Virus record (IMG/VR): IMGVR_UViG_3300047160_005727
Location: 32,001-96,000 of that record
Strand: one strand, 5' to 3'
Source: a virus
Length of the DNA stretch: 64,000 bases
Within the stretch, counting starts at the first letter, position 1. Every line of letters begins with the position of its first letter. The notes under the pieces are model-generated. The model searched no databases and was not told where the DNA came from. It worked only from the letters and a program-made list of their open reading frames with translations. Below are positions 7,181 through 17,700 of the stretch, piece after piece. The translations under genes were made by a program, and so were the position numbers.

Positions 7181-9633
7181 AAGACCGGGCTCCCGGTCTG
7201 CTCGACTACGAGGTCGGGTTCCAGCTCCTCGATCGCAACGAGGACAACTCGAAGGCCATTGGCGTTCGAGGCTTCAAGGTCGGCTCCCAGATCCTGTTCG
7301 CCCCGGTATTCTTCATCGATGGCGACCTGAAGGGTCATGAGCTGCTGTACATCAAGAACGATGATCAATTCGTGCCGCTGAAAGAGAACTGGATCAACTA
7401 TCTCCTCCAGAAGAAGCCCATGACTTTGGGCGACGGGATACACAGAGACACTCGCCGAGTCGGCGTACGACGGCCTACTCTGGGCCGGCTGGTGCACTCG
7501 CCCAGCAAGTACGCTTCTACCATGCCGGGCTGGCTCCAGGATGGCCTGCCCGGACTGGCTTACGCGGCAACGACCAACCCGTTTACTGATCTCCGCTACA
7601 AGGGCATGCGCGAGGTACCCGATCTGCTCAAGGAAGGCGGGATCAAGACCGTGCGAGCCCTGCTGAAGTATGCCCAGGCGTACCCGGCGATCGCACGTGG
7701 CCTCGATGAGTTCTACGATATGAAGGTGATCGGTGGCTTGCTGGCCGATCTCAAGCGCGAGAAGGCCGCAGCGGCGATCACCAGTGTCCTGTCCGGACTG
7801 GATGTAGCTCCGCGTCGCGCGCTGCCAGGCTGGGCACGCGGTCCGTCAGTGCTGGGTGACCTTGAGCCGTACAACCCGATCAAGACCGGGGCACTCCAGG
7901 TCTACAACTATGACCGTGCCGGTGGCAGCAAGGCACGGGCTACCGAGGGCCTGGACGAGATCGACAGCGAGAAGCTGCTCCGAGATGCGATCCTGATCAA
8001 GGACGAGCGGAAGCAGGACGAAGGGATCTCGGTCCCGTACAAGGTTCTGACCAAGCGGAACCTGGTCAACCCCGACCAGACCGGGCTCTACGACGTCATG
8101 GTCAAGCCGGACGTCTTCGAGAAGATGCTGGTGGTCATTGGCCCGTATGGTGCCGACGGCCGCAAGGGTTTCTGCACGGTCGCCCGCGTCGAAGGCGATC
8201 CCAAGGGCTGGATCAACATCCACCCGTCCTATGTCGTGGTCTCGAAGCAGTACTCCGATGATGACTGGAAGAAGTGGACTGACGGTCTGCCCGATGCCGA
8301 CAGTCTGACCGAGGATAGCGATGGCCAATACATGGTCATCGGAGCCGACAAGGCCGATGCTACCCTGCCGTTCATCGTCCAGGGCACCATCGGCGATCCC
8401 GAGGGCTACAAGCTCTTCAACGTCCGCTTCGATATGTTCTCGGGGCGGCCTCGCCCGTCAGCCATGCGCGGCATGACACTATGGGGCTACTACGAGAGCC
8501 GGATCACGGACAACTCGGAAGTCTACGATCGCTGGGCCGACGGCGAGCGGTTGCACGTTGGCCCCCGGCTGGGTGCCGAGATGCGGAGCCGGCGCGGCGA
8601 CGTGTTCGTGCCCCAGGGCTCCAAGCTGTTCAAGGTCGAGATGGCCGACTACGACGACGATCAGTGGGATCCGCCAGAAGAGAACCTGATGAAGCCCATC
8701 AGGCCGATCAAGAGCCTTACCGGCGGCAAGGGCGAGAGCAAGACGCCGCCGATCGCGCCCTCCCACTTCATCGACATCGAGATGGGCATGTGGCACGAGA
8801 AGGTGGGTGAAGAGGTCCGGGTGCGGACCGATCGGCTGGGTATGACTATCCCGCATGACCGGCTCGTGATCCGGTTCGACGGCAGCAGTGCCAACATCGA
8901 CGGCGGTGGCTACCTGACCGAGAAGCAGGCGATCGTGCATCTGGTGCGTGACAAGGGGTTCACCGAGAAGGTTGCCCGTGCCTTGCTTGCCGAGGCTCAG
9001 GGCAACTTCGCCAAGAAGACTGGCCCGATGGCCGAGTTCCGCGTCGAGTATGCTCCCTGGGTCAAGTGGGCCATGAACAAGCGGGCTGCCAACCCCTATC
9101 TGCTGGACGACAGTCCGATCGCACCGGCCATTCCGGATCCCCGGTATGACCAGGACTCGTACATGGGCTCGTACGTGCCGTCGCAGAAGCCGCAGGAAGA
9201 CTTCCTGCCGGTTGACGGCATGCGCGCTGACCCGGCCAACCGCGAGCTGTACCGTCCCACCGTCGAGCCCGACCCCTATGCAGCTCACGCCGCGACGGAA
9301 GCCGCCGCCAAGGGGCAGCGGGAGATCTTCGACACATCGATCCTGGGTGGGCTGCTGAAGACCACTCGAGACGATCAGCTCACCGATCGCTACCTGGGCG
9401 ATCTGATGAAGGGCATGGACCGCATCGGCCGGATCCTGTTTCAGCTTTACTGGCACCGTGACTCGTTCGAGGAGCGGTACGGCAAGCAGCACGTTCCCGA
9501 GCTGGAAGACATGCTCCGGAACTCGTTCGAGGATATCGGCGATCTGGTGCTCGATCTGAAGCAGAAGACGATCGAGCCCGATCCTGAGTCGGCCGGCCAG
9601 CGGATCGACTTCAAGAGCGACACGAACGACTAG
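7039..9633 (+). CDS. large putative virion head protein, function unknown
   Basis: AAGGAGG SD, 864 aa, several K-x-A motifs, located in the head cluster. Confidence 0.7.
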   Translation: MPAATISRSRSEIVQRRELLVKVADGAGDGQDQAFEQAFANLAHAYLKDRAPGLLDYEVGFQLLDRNEDNSKAIGVRGFKVGSQILFAPVFFIDGDLKGHELLYIKNDDQFVPLKENWINYLLQKKPMTLGDGIHRDTRRVGVRRPTLGRLVHSPSKYASTMPGWLQDGLPGLAYAATTNPFTDLRYKGMREVPDLLKEGGIKTVRALLKYAQAYPAIARGLDEFYDMKVIGGLLADLKREKAAAAITSVLSGLDVAPRRALPGWARGPSVLGDLEPYNPIKTGALQVYNYDRAGGSKARATEGLDEIDSEKLLRDAILIKDERKQDEGISVPYKVLTKRNLVNPDQTGLYDVMVKPDVFEKMLVVIGPYGADGRKGFCTVARVEGDPKGWINIHPSYVVVSKQYSDDDWKKWTDGLPDADSLTEDSDGQYMVIGADKADATLPFIVQGTIGDPEGYKLFNVRFDMFSGRPRPSAMRGMTLWGYYESRITDNSEVYDRWADGERLHVGPRLGAEMRSRRGDVFVPQGSKLFKVEMADYDDDQWDPPEENLMKPIRPIKSLTGGKGESKTPPIAPSHFIDIEMGMWHEKVGEEVRVRTDRLGMTIPHDRLVIRFDGSSANIDGGGYLTEKQAIVHLVRDKGFTEKVARALLAEAQGNFAKKTGPMAEFRVEYAPWVKWAMNKRAANPYLLDDSPIAPAIPDPRYDQDSYMGSYVPSQKPQEDFLPVDGMRADPANRELYRPTVEPDPYAAHAATEAAAKGQREIFDTSILGGLLKTTRDDQLTDRYLGDLMKGMDRIGRILFQLYWHRDSFEERYGKQHVPELEDMLRNSFEDIGDLVLDLKQKTIEPDPESAGQRIDFKSDTND

Positions 9634-9644
9634 GAGCTGCACCG

Positions 9645-10142
9645 ATGGCCGATACCAGTTCGCAAGGGACTAACCAGTTTCCTGTCGCCGTTACCGGCGG
9701 CCAGATCGTCCGTCTTGCGCTTGGTGCACCGGCGATGGGCTTGATCATGAAGGCCACGATCGTGCAGCTCAACGCAGATGGGAGCGCGATCGCTGATGGC
9801 AACGCCGCGCTGGGTGGCTTCTCATATACGTTCTTTGATGCGGGTATTGCCTGTCCTCCTGGGGTAACGAACATATCCGATGAGGCCACTACGCCTCTCG
9901 TTACCGCCGCCGCAGAGGCCCAACACCAGATCTCACCAACCAAGACAGTACCGTCTGGTAAAAGCCGCTTTCTACTTGCAGACGGTACCGACGGGACTTT
10001 CTCACAGATCGGCATTCCCTACATCAACCGGGATGGCAGCTTATCGAGTGCTCAGCCCGTGATCTACCTGAAGCTGGTAGCACCGGGCAGCGGACCCAAG
10101 ACCTTCGGTGTTTTCATGGGGATCCAGCACTACCGCGGCTGA
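9645..10142 (+). CDS. hypothetical protein, possibly structural (beta-rich)
   Basis: AGGAG SD, 165 aa. Confidence 0.7.
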   Translation: MADTSSQGTNQFPVAVTGGQIVRLALGAPAMGLIMKATIVQLNADGSAIADGNAALGGFSYTFFDAGIACPPGVTNISDEATTPLVTAAAEAQHQISPTKTVPSGKSRFLLADGTDGTFSQIGIPYINRDGSLSSAQPVIYLKLVAPGSGPKTFGVFMGIQHYRG

Positions 10143-10161
10143 TACGCGGCGTAACAAAGTC

Positions 10162-11124
10162 ATGATCCACAACTACTCAGCACGAAACCCTCGCAGACCA
10201 GTCGACTGGAGATGGAAGCGCGCCGGACTGGCCGCTGGTGGCGGGTATCCGCTGTCGCGACGGCGGGACAATGACGCGTGGATCGCCCGCGCGGCACGGT
10301 TCATCAAGGAACATGAAGAATGCAAGACTGAGCAGGATCTTGCCGTGCTGGAGGATAAGTACCCGGTCCTCTATTGGGCTTATGATATCTGGTTTACCCA
10401 GAACGAGGGCGGCAACCCGGTCAAGAGCGAGGTCGAGGCCAGGTTGCTGGCTGATGACGACCCGCACAACATCGCCCGTCGCGTGCGGACTGAAGTCGAT
10501 GTTATTGATGCTTACGAGCACATTTTTTTCAACGTCAGCGAAAGTTTGGGCAACCGCGGCTATCTCATGCATTGCGTCCTCGGGCCGGCGGTTCATCTGG
10601 GTTTCCAGACCAGCGAATACGATATGATCTGGAAGCTGTTCGCACTTCTGGGTGGACCACTGGCTGTTGACCTTATGGTCGATCAGTCGGTAGGTCATGC
10701 CCGGCCCGACCGTGCCAGCGATCTGAAGTACTTCGTCGCCGACGTCGCCCAGAACGATCTGCGCCGCGTGGCGATGCTCGCTTTGAAGACCTTGCGCATT
10801 AACAACTTCAACGCCGTCGAGATCATTGACCGGTTCTTGAAGCTAGTCGAGCTGGAACGGACTGGCGGCGGTGCCGGCGGTGGTGCCAACGAGGCATTCA
10901 AGCAGAATGTTCATACCATGCTTGTCGGGCTGCCGTTCACGGTCGGCCGGCGGCTGGGGCGTGTGGACGTGACTCCGATCGGCCGTTACGATGATCTGGC
11001 GGCCGAACTTCGCTACGAAGAGGTTATGGCGATCGCGGCCGGCCAGATCATCCCCGCACAAAGTATGCTGGAGATGCTGGCATTTCCATCGGCTAATGGG
11101 TCCATCACGGAGGCTACGGACTAA
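10162..11124 (+). CDS. hypothetical protein
   Basis: Long helical ORF coupled to the next gene (TAATG). Start uncertain. Confidence 0.7.
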   Translation: MIHNYSARNPRRPVDWRWKRAGLAAGGGYPLSRRRDNDAWIARAARFIKEHEECKTEQDLAVLEDKYPVLYWAYDIWFTQNEGGNPVKSEVEARLLADDDPHNIARRVRTEVDVIDAYEHIFFNVSESLGNRGYLMHCVLGPAVHLGFQTSEYDMIWKLFALLGGPLAVDLMVDQSVGHARPDRASDLKYFVADVAQNDLRRVAMLALKTLRINNFNAVEIIDRFLKLVELERTGGGAGGGANEAFKQNVHTMLVGLPFTVGRRLGRVDVTPIGRYDDLAAELRYEEVMAIAAGQIIPAQSMLEMLAFPSANGSITEATD

Positions 11125-12497
11125 TGCCAAGGACTATGCCCCGAATGACCAAAGAGGGCGAGGCGCGACTGCGAGCTGCCCTCGACGCCGTTGTTGACAT
11201 GGTCAACAGCGGCGAAGCCCCTGACGATGCCATCGTCAAGGTGGCGTCCGAACAGGCGATCCAACCTGGCCACGTCGGTCTGATGGTGCACGCCTACAAT
11301 ACTGGTCGCACCACCAGGCATCGCGAGTCACACTCTTCACTGCTCGACAAGGCAGCCGACTTTCCCATCGCTGATGCACCAGCGATCCTTGAACGGCTGT
11401 ATCCGTCCAGGGTCAAGTCAGCTGCTGCGATCGAGCGCGAGTCCGGAGTGCACATCGACTACACCATGTCGCCGGCCTGGTACACCCGTGCCTCCCATGC
11501 CACCGGAATGGAGAAGGCAGCCGAGGCGGTTGACTGGAAGATGTCTGACCGGCAGGTTACGGCCTATCCGACTGTCCGTGATCTGGAGGCCGGCGATCGG
11601 ATCAAGGTCGCCCGGCAGAAGGCTGCCAGGGCCGAGGAGGAGGACAGGCTGCAAGCCTCGCGCATCCAGAACGACATCATGGCCGGCTTCGCCAAGCTGG
11701 CCGAGTACTTCGCCGGCTACACCAACCTGACGCTGCACGACGTCCGCGACAACGTCGAGACCCTGTACGGCAACGAGGGTATGGCGGTCCTGCGGCAGCT
11801 GGACCGCACCCGGCCCAACCTGGTGAAGCGGGCCTCGACCGGTAGGTTCCATTCGGCGGCGGCCGAGCCCTACCAGACCATCGGTCATCTGGTCAAGCTG
11901 GCCGGCCAGCTCCGGCAGATGATCGCCTGCAACGAGAAGCGTGCCGCCGAGCGTGCCGCAGCACTGGAGGAACTTGAGCGCCCTTTCGTACCCGCCCCTC
12001 GCCAGTCACTTCTCGATCCGCTGTCCTTACCTATGACTAAGCGGGCCATCGGCGAGGGGCTTCTTGGTGGTATCAATGACATAGTCGGCAGCGAGTTCAT
12101 CCAGCCGACGATCGAGCAGTTGCGTCCGACCGACAAGGACAAGCTCGTCCAGAAGAAGCTCGAACAGATCGCTACCCCGCAGCACGAGCAACAGCTTCGA
12201 GACATCAGGACACGGGCGATGCTCGAAGACATGCTGTCCAATGATCCGGTCATTCAGGGACATGATCGCGACGACGTACTCAGTGCCTTCAATGAAGTCA
12301 GTCAGCTGGCTCCGCGGGCTAGCCAGCAGCCTCTGTTGATGAACGCCATGTTGCGGACGCGGCTCCAGCAAGGTAGCCTCGATCCGTTCCAGACGGGCGA
12401 ACTGGTCAAGACCGAGCAAGGGTTGAAAAACATCGGTAGCGTTCCCGCACCACCAGGAGCCAAGAGTGGACCGCCATCAGCCAGCGTTCTGGCTTAG
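11124..12497 (+). CDS. putative head/core protein rich in K-x-A motifs
   Basis: 457 aa. Contains VKVAS, DKAAD, VKSAA, EKAAE, VKRAS, VKLAG, EKRAA and TKRAI. Confidence 0.75.
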   Translation: MPRTMPRMTKEGEARLRAALDAVVDMVNSGEAPDDAIVKVASEQAIQPGHVGLMVHAYNTGRTTRHRESHSSLLDKAADFPIADAPAILERLYPSRVKSAAAIERESGVHIDYTMSPAWYTRASHATGMEKAAEAVDWKMSDRQVTAYPTVRDLEAGDRIKVARQKAARAEEEDRLQASRIQNDIMAGFAKLAEYFAGYTNLTLHDVRDNVETLYGNEGMAVLRQLDRTRPNLVKRASTGRFHSAAAEPYQTIGHLVKLAGQLRQMIACNEKRAAERAAALEELERPFVPAPRQSLLDPLSLPMTKRAIGEGLLGGINDIVGSEFIQPTIEQLRPTDKDKLVQKKLEQIATPQHEQQLRDIRTRAMLEDMLSNDPVIQGHDRDDVLSAFNEVSQLAPRASQQPLLMNAMLRTRLQQGSLDPFQTGELVKTEQGLKNIGSVPAPPGAKSGPPSASVLA

Positions 12498-13671
12498 TCA
12501 GGATCCGGCAGGCGCTGCCGACTTCCTGGCACGCACGGCTGTGGCCAGCCGTGTCGTGGGTGGGTTCGTCAAGACAGCGCAGGGGCCGGCGCCACCGCCA
12601 CCACCGGCAGCAGGCGGATCATCTCCTTGGACGAACGCGCTGACCAACGCTGCCATCGGTGCCGGCGTCGGTGGACTGGGCGGGCTCGGGATGGGCCTGT
12701 TCTCGAAGCGTCGGAAGAACCCGATGACATCGGCACTTACTGGGGCTCTTCTGGGTGGTACTCTTGGCGCTGCTGTTCCTGCGGCGTATGAAGGGCTCAA
12801 GGGTCTGAGCGCGCCGGCCTACAACAGCGGTAATGCAGCCCTGGATGCCCGGCGAGCTGCGGCCTTCGATGCGGCACCAGGCTACATGAAGGCTATCTAC
12901 AAGATCACTGGTGGTGCCCCGGAGATCGACTCCGGAGCGCCACTTCCAGAGCAGCAAACGCAGCTTCAGCGGACTCAGGCTAACACTGGCTGGAGCGATA
13001 TTGCGAAGCAAACTGCCAAAGAAACCCTCGGCGGGGCAACCGGTGCTGCCAAGGGTTATGCTGCGGACAACCCGGCCACGGCCGCGTATCATGGTGCCGT
13101 CGGGACGGCCCAGGGCTTGTATGCTGCCAGGACGGCTGCGGCAAAGAGGTGGCAGCAGGTGCAAGCTGGTGTTCAGGGTACCAAGATCGATATGGGCACA
13201 CCTCCTGGTCCGAGAGGGAGTAAAGGCGCGGGCGGAAAAGCGCCGGCTGATCCGGGGCTTGCACGGCTCAAAGCGTACGTGGATACAGCCTCGCCTGATG
13301 TTGGTCGCGTACCTGGGACTAACCTGCGCATGTCAGGATGGAACCCATTCCGCAGATGGAACGAAGCCAACCTCGGCCGTGAACTGGGAAGAGTTCAGGC
13401 TGGTGCCACCATGACAGGCCCACGTTTCGGACCTATTGCCGGTAACGCCGCCACAGGCCAGGTCAAACTTCCTGGAATGGGAGCGTCAGCCGTCAACGCG
13501 ATGCAGCAGGCCGGCAGGGACGCGATAGCTGCGAGGGCTGGAAAGGGAATGATCGGTAAGGGTATGCGTGGCGGTGGCAAGGTGATAGGTACGACACTAA
13601 TGTATGCTGCACCACATGCCCTGCCTTGGGCGTACAACACGGTAAAAGACTGGTGGAACGGGGCCCAGTAA
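12466..13671 (+). CDS. Gly/Ala-rich putative internal (ejected) protein with glycine-zipper helices
   Basis: VKTAQ near the N-terminus, then AAIGAGVGGLGGLGMG and ALTGALLGGTLGAA helices. Confidence 0.65.
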   Translation: MDRHQPAFWLSQDPAGAADFLARTAVASRVVGGFVKTAQGPAPPPPPAAGGSSPWTNALTNAAIGAGVGGLGGLGMGLFSKRRKNPMTSALTGALLGGTLGAAVPAAYEGLKGLSAPAYNSGNAALDARRAAAFDAAPGYMKAIYKITGGAPEIDSGAPLPEQQTQLQRTQANTGWSDIAKQTAKETLGGATGAAKGYAADNPATAAYHGAVGTAQGLYAARTAAAKRWQQVQAGVQGTKIDMGTPPGPRGSKGAGGKAPADPGLARLKAYVDTASPDVGRVPGTNLRMSGWNPFRRWNEANLGRELGRVQAGATMTGPRFGPIAGNAATGQVKLPGMGASAVNAMQQAGRDAIAARAGKGMIGKGMRGGGKVIGTTLMYAAPHALPWAYNTVKDWWNGAQ

Positions 13672-13672
13672 C

Positions 13673-15172
13673 ATGATGCTCAAGTGCTCCGGCATCAATG
13701 CCTACAACTTCGGTGAGCCGACCATGACCCTGGTCAGGCTGCGCCGCGACGGACGGCTGGGGCCAAATGATCGTTCAGTGCTCGTGAAGCGTGCCGGTGT
13801 TGAGTTCGTCGATCGGCTGCGGCATATCAAGCTAGCCGAGGATGAAGTGCCGGTGCACATCATCGGTCTGGGTGCCACCGAGGACTACGGTCCGAACCGC
13901 AACGGCGACGGCTTTGATCGCGATGAGTGCCGCAAGCATCACGGGACGTTCCAGAAGTTCGGTCGGTTTTACCGCAACCACATCAACAAAGATCCCGACA
14001 AGAGCTACGGCCGTTTTCTGGACACGGCTTTTAACGAGCCCATGAAGCGGATCGAGCTGCTGGCCGGTCTGAATGGCAGCGAGAAAGCTGCCAAGGCCAA
14101 CGGCGGTCTGGTGGCCGACAAGGAGATGGAGCTGTTGGAAGCCGGTAAAGATATCCCGACTTCCATGGCCTGCAAGGTAGCTCACGACATTTGCTCGGGC
14201 TGCGGCAACAAGGCCCGCACCCGCCAGGAATACTGCGACGGCGCTCTGTGCAAGTACGGCGGGCTCAAGGACAACATCGGTCGGACGTTCGATGACGGTC
14301 ATGTGCTTCATGCCAGGAACCCGAACCCGGTTTGGTTCGACGACTCACACGTCCACAAACCGGCTGACCGGATCGCCTGGAGCCTGGGTCGCCTGGAGAA
14401 GTCCGCTTCGACAGGTGGCCGGGTTATCGGCTTGGGCGGCGCTGCCCTCGCCGATGAGATCGGTCTGACGATGCCCCTCGAACTGATGGTCGACCCGTTC
14501 ATGCCGAGCTGGGTCGCGCAGCACGTCAAGACAGCCCAGCTGCTGGCTGATGCCGAGAAGCGGGTTGAAGGCGAAGGCCCGACCAATAGCGATCGTGCCT
14601 TCGACTATGAAGTGCAGGGGCCGGTCCGGGACTTTCCGGATGACCTGCATACCAGGAACCGGCTCGAACACATGCTTGGTGCCCTGGCAAACGAGAAAGT
14701 TGCATTGCCGCTGCGAGACTTTCTGGTATTAGTAGCTGGTGATGAGAAGCAGGCCAGTGATGCTTACGCAGATGTTGCCGCACAACTGCCGGGCATCTAT
14801 GGTAGACTAACCCGGAGCCCGACCCTGGATACCCAGGTGCGGGACAGCATCTATGTTTTCAACGGCCATGCGGCCCATCCGCCGCTGGCCATGCAGACCT
14901 GGGCGTCCAAGCTAGCCATGACCCACGGGCTACAACAGAAGCATGTTCAGGACCGTGTGCACACGCACGCGATCCGCAGTTTGCCCGTTCCGCGGCATCG
15001 CGGCCAGGGCGAGGAAATGCTCAAGCAGGCGTCCGATATGGGCGGTGCTGAGCGGCTTGCGAGGCAGTATGCTCTCTACAAACTTGCACTGGCGTCGGCG
15101 CTCCGGGCGACCGACGAACGTACTTTCCCCTTGACATCCACTTTACTGGTGCGCCAGAACTACGTAAGCTGA
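13673..15172 (+). CDS. putative prohead maturation protease (HK97/assemblin-like fold) with a Cys zinc-finger insert
   Basis: Candidate catalytic His (FYRNH) and Ser (TSMAC), DS.V.KPA motif, CSGCGN..C insert. Canonical position upstream of scaffold and capsid genes. Confidence 0.7.
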   Translation: MMLKCSGINAYNFGEPTMTLVRLRRDGRLGPNDRSVLVKRAGVEFVDRLRHIKLAEDEVPVHIIGLGATEDYGPNRNGDGFDRDECRKHHGTFQKFGRFYRNHINKDPDKSYGRFLDTAFNEPMKRIELLAGLNGSEKAAKANGGLVADKEMELLEAGKDIPTSMACKVAHDICSGCGNKARTRQEYCDGALCKYGGLKDNIGRTFDDGHVLHARNPNPVWFDDSHVHKPADRIAWSLGRLEKSASTGGRVIGLGGAALADEIGLTMPLELMVDPFMPSWVAQHVKTAQLLADAEKRVEGEGPTNSDRAFDYEVQGPVRDFPDDLHTRNRLEHMLGALANEKVALPLRDFLVLVAGDEKQASDAYADVAAQLPGIYGRLTRSPTLDTQVRDSIYVFNGHAAHPPLAMQTWASKLAMTHGLQQKHVQDRVHTHAIRSLPVPRHRGQGEEMLKQASDMGGAERLARQYALYKLALASALRATDERTFPLTSTLLVRQNYVS

Positions 15173-15224
15173 GTCTTTGCACTCGGGCACGGCTGCTGCA
15201 TCGGTCAAAGGAGTGACCCCACTC

Positions 15225-16520
15225 ATGTCAACTCTGAAAACTTCGCGAAACGCGGTCTTCTCCAGCCTTCGCTCGTTCTTCGACGAGATCGATGGCGAGA
15301 AACAGGCTGCTGAGAAGCAGGGTGCCCCACTGAGCGAGCCAGGCTCGCGTGGCGGCGAAACGACCCATCCGTCCAAGAACGTCGACGACGGGCTCATCCC
15401 TCTTCAAGAGGGCGCCCGGTTCAAGGAGAACACGTCGGACGTCAAGGAAGAGATCGGCGCGGCGTCGGTCGAGAACGCCAAGGACCCCGGCGGTCAGATG
15501 CAACACGAGTTGCAAGTCGGCGTCCGGCACGCTCCGACCGGCGAAGACCCATCCGTTGAGGATGACTTCAAGGGGAACAAGGAAGATCCCGGCACGTCGT
15601 CGGTCATGAAAGCCGATGACGGCGAGAAGTATGGTGAGTGGGACTTCAAGAAACTTGCCGCCGCGATCGGCAACCTCGGCAACGAGATCATGGCCGACCT
15701 GGGGCACGGCAAGCTCGTCGAGAAGCAGGCGACCCCGGCTGGCAATGGCACGGTTCACAGCCGTGGTCAGACGTTCAAGGTCAACAACCCGCCGCCGGCT
15801 CAACCCACTGAGCCGCCCGCCGAGGTTGACGAAGAGACCAAGCAGGCCGCTGCCGCCGGCTACAAGCTGGCTGCCGCGATGGGACTGGACGGCGACGGCG
15901 CTGACGCCCAGGTCTCCCTGATGGTCGAGACCATCATCAAGGAAGCCCAGGCTCAGGCAGACGGGCTGGCGCAGTTCATCGACGCCTATGCGCGTACCGT
16001 CAAGCAGGCTGCCGATCCAGCAGCTACCGAAGCCGAAGATCACATGGCACCGGGCGGACCTCCTCCACCCGGTGCCGACCCGTCCGCTGGCGGCGATGGC
16101 GCTGGCGGTCCGCCGCCTGATGGCGGCGGCCAGGATCCGATGGAGATCCTGTCGCAACTGCCGCCGGAAGTGCTCCAGCAGCTCGTTGCTGCCGTTCAGC
16201 AAGGTGGGCTTGTTCCGGGTGGTGGCGGCGGTCCAGGCGGCCCTCCGGGCGGTCCTGGAGGCGGTCCGCCCGATACAGGCGGTGATCCAACCGAGAACCT
16301 GAGCGGTGCCATGCACGAGATGGGCGTCTCGCCCGACGAGCTGGCAGCAGCCGCTCCCAAGGTTGCCGCCGATCAGCGTGAGACCTTGTTGAAGATCGCT
16401 AACACGGTCAAGACCAAGCGGCGTTCGGGCCAGCTGGGCTACAAGGTAGCCTCGACCCCTTACGACCAACAGGTCAGGGCTGAAATGCGGCAGTACCTCG
16501 CCGAGGTCATCGGCGCCTGA
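15225..16520 (+). CDS. putative scaffolding/core protein
   Basis: AAGGAG SD. Acidic, low-complexity GGPP linkers and about ten K-x-A motifs. Lies between protease and capsid genes. Confidence 0.65.
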   Translation: MSTLKTSRNAVFSSLRSFFDEIDGEKQAAEKQGAPLSEPGSRGGETTHPSKNVDDGLIPLQEGARFKENTSDVKEEIGAASVENAKDPGGQMQHELQVGVRHAPTGEDPSVEDDFKGNKEDPGTSSVMKADDGEKYGEWDFKKLAAAIGNLGNEIMADLGHGKLVEKQATPAGNGTVHSRGQTFKVNNPPPAQPTEPPAEVDEETKQAAAAGYKLAAAMGLDGDGADAQVSLMVETIIKEAQAQADGLAQFIDAYARTVKQAADPAATEAEDHMAPGGPPPPGADPSAGGDGAGGPPPDGGGQDPMEILSQLPPEVLQQLVAAVQQGGLVPGGGGGPGGPPGGPGGGPPDTGGDPTENLSGAMHEMGVSPDELAAAAPKVAADQRETLLKIANTVKTKRRSGQLGYKVASTPYDQQVRAEMRQYLAEVIGA

Positions 16521-16536
16521 TCACGGAGGAGAATTT

Positions 16537-16962
16537 ATGGCTGCGGCCCGTACCCGACCCAGGACTGTTCCCGAGAAGGTTCTCGAGTTCGTCGACATGT
16601 CCGCCGCAATGGCGGAGAAGGCGGCCGGGGTTCTCTCGAAGCAGGAACAAATGGAAAAGCAGGCTGCCGATCTGATCCCCACGGCCGTCGACGAGCTACT
16701 CAAAGCCAAGCTCATCGAGCCCGAGGAGAAGCAGGCGGCACTCGACGCACTCAAGGATCCGGTGCGAACGCTCCAGATCCTGATCAAGACCGCGCGTGCC
16801 AAGCACGACGACAACTCATTCACGCTCGGTCGACCGGACACCAACGGTCATGCCGAGAAGCGAGCCAACGCCGGGCCAGGCCCCTATGCCGGGCGTCGTT
16901 ACGGTGAGGCCGAGGAGCCCGAGAGCTTTCGCGTGTTCCGCAACAGGCTCATGGGTAACTAA
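16537..16962 (+). CDS. small helical scaffold-like head protein
   Basis: GGAGG SD. Contains EKAAG, EKQAA x2, IKTAR and EKRAN. Confidence 0.7.
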   Translation: MAAARTRPRTVPEKVLEFVDMSAAMAEKAAGVLSKQEQMEKQAADLIPTAVDELLKAKLIEPEEKQAALDALKDPVRTLQILIKTARAKHDDNSFTLGRPDTNGHAEKRANAGPGPYAGRRYGEAEEPESFRVFRNRLMGN

Positions 16963-17007
16963 GGGGACGGATACCGAAGAACCTTCAAGGAGGTAAAAGG
17001 AACTCAC

Positions 17008-17646
17008 ATGTCGACCTACACTGGCCCAACCCTGATGTTCCAGCACTGCCTTGATGAACTCAAGGGGTGGCCCGATGAGTCTGCGCTCGACTTCGACGCG
17101 TACCTGTCGACCAACGTGACAGTCGACCCGGTTTACGGCGGTAGCTGCGTCCACGTCAACCAGTCCGGTCAGTTCGAGCTAGGTGTCGGCGCTGGTCCTG
17201 GCGACATGGGGATCTTCCTGCTTCAGGGATCCCATGAGCTTGACGTGGCCAACCCTGGCGGCAACAACTGGACGCCCATCGCACCGGCCGGACCCAACGG
17301 CAACCCGATCGGCAAGATGTCAGGACTGGTCGCCACCGGCGCCTACGAGCTGGAGACGACCGAGTTCGACCCGACGACCACCATCTTCGGTGGCGCCAAT
17401 GTCCATCCCAACATCGTCCCTGGTCAGATGCTGACTGCACCGACCGAGGCCGCGATCACCACCGGCACTGACAAGAGCATGGCCGGCAAGCTCTTCGCTT
17501 TCGCCAACTGGCCGGGCGGTGCCGGAGATGCGGTGATCGCCAAGAACTATCCGGTTTGTGCAGTGTGCAGCCGGGTAACTCACTGGAACCATCACCGCGT
17601 GCCGGTCACGTCGTTCTGGCCGGTTTATCTGCCCAAGCAGTCCTGA
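17008..17646 (+). CDS. putative capsid decoration/cement protein
   Basis: Strong SD, beta/Gly-rich, immediately upstream of the capsid gene. Confidence 0.55.
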   Translation: MSTYTGPTLMFQHCLDELKGWPDESALDFDAYLSTNVTVDPVYGGSCVHVNQSGQFELGVGAGPGDMGIFLLQGSHELDVANPGGNNWTPIAPAGPNGNPIGKMSGLVATGAYELETTEFDPTTTIFGGANVHPNIVPGQMLTAPTEAAITTGTDKSMAGKLFAFANWPGGAGDAVIAKNYPVCAVCSRVTHWNHHRVPVTSFWPVYLPKQS

Positions 17647-17700
17647 GTCCATCGTTACTGTTCGCTATGGAAACCATCCCCTTCACGGAGGAGACCTAAA

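Noticed and set aside
7039-9633. Portal protein call for the 864-aa ORF
   Set aside because: Size and position are compatible, but I recognise no portal motif, so it is left as unknown.
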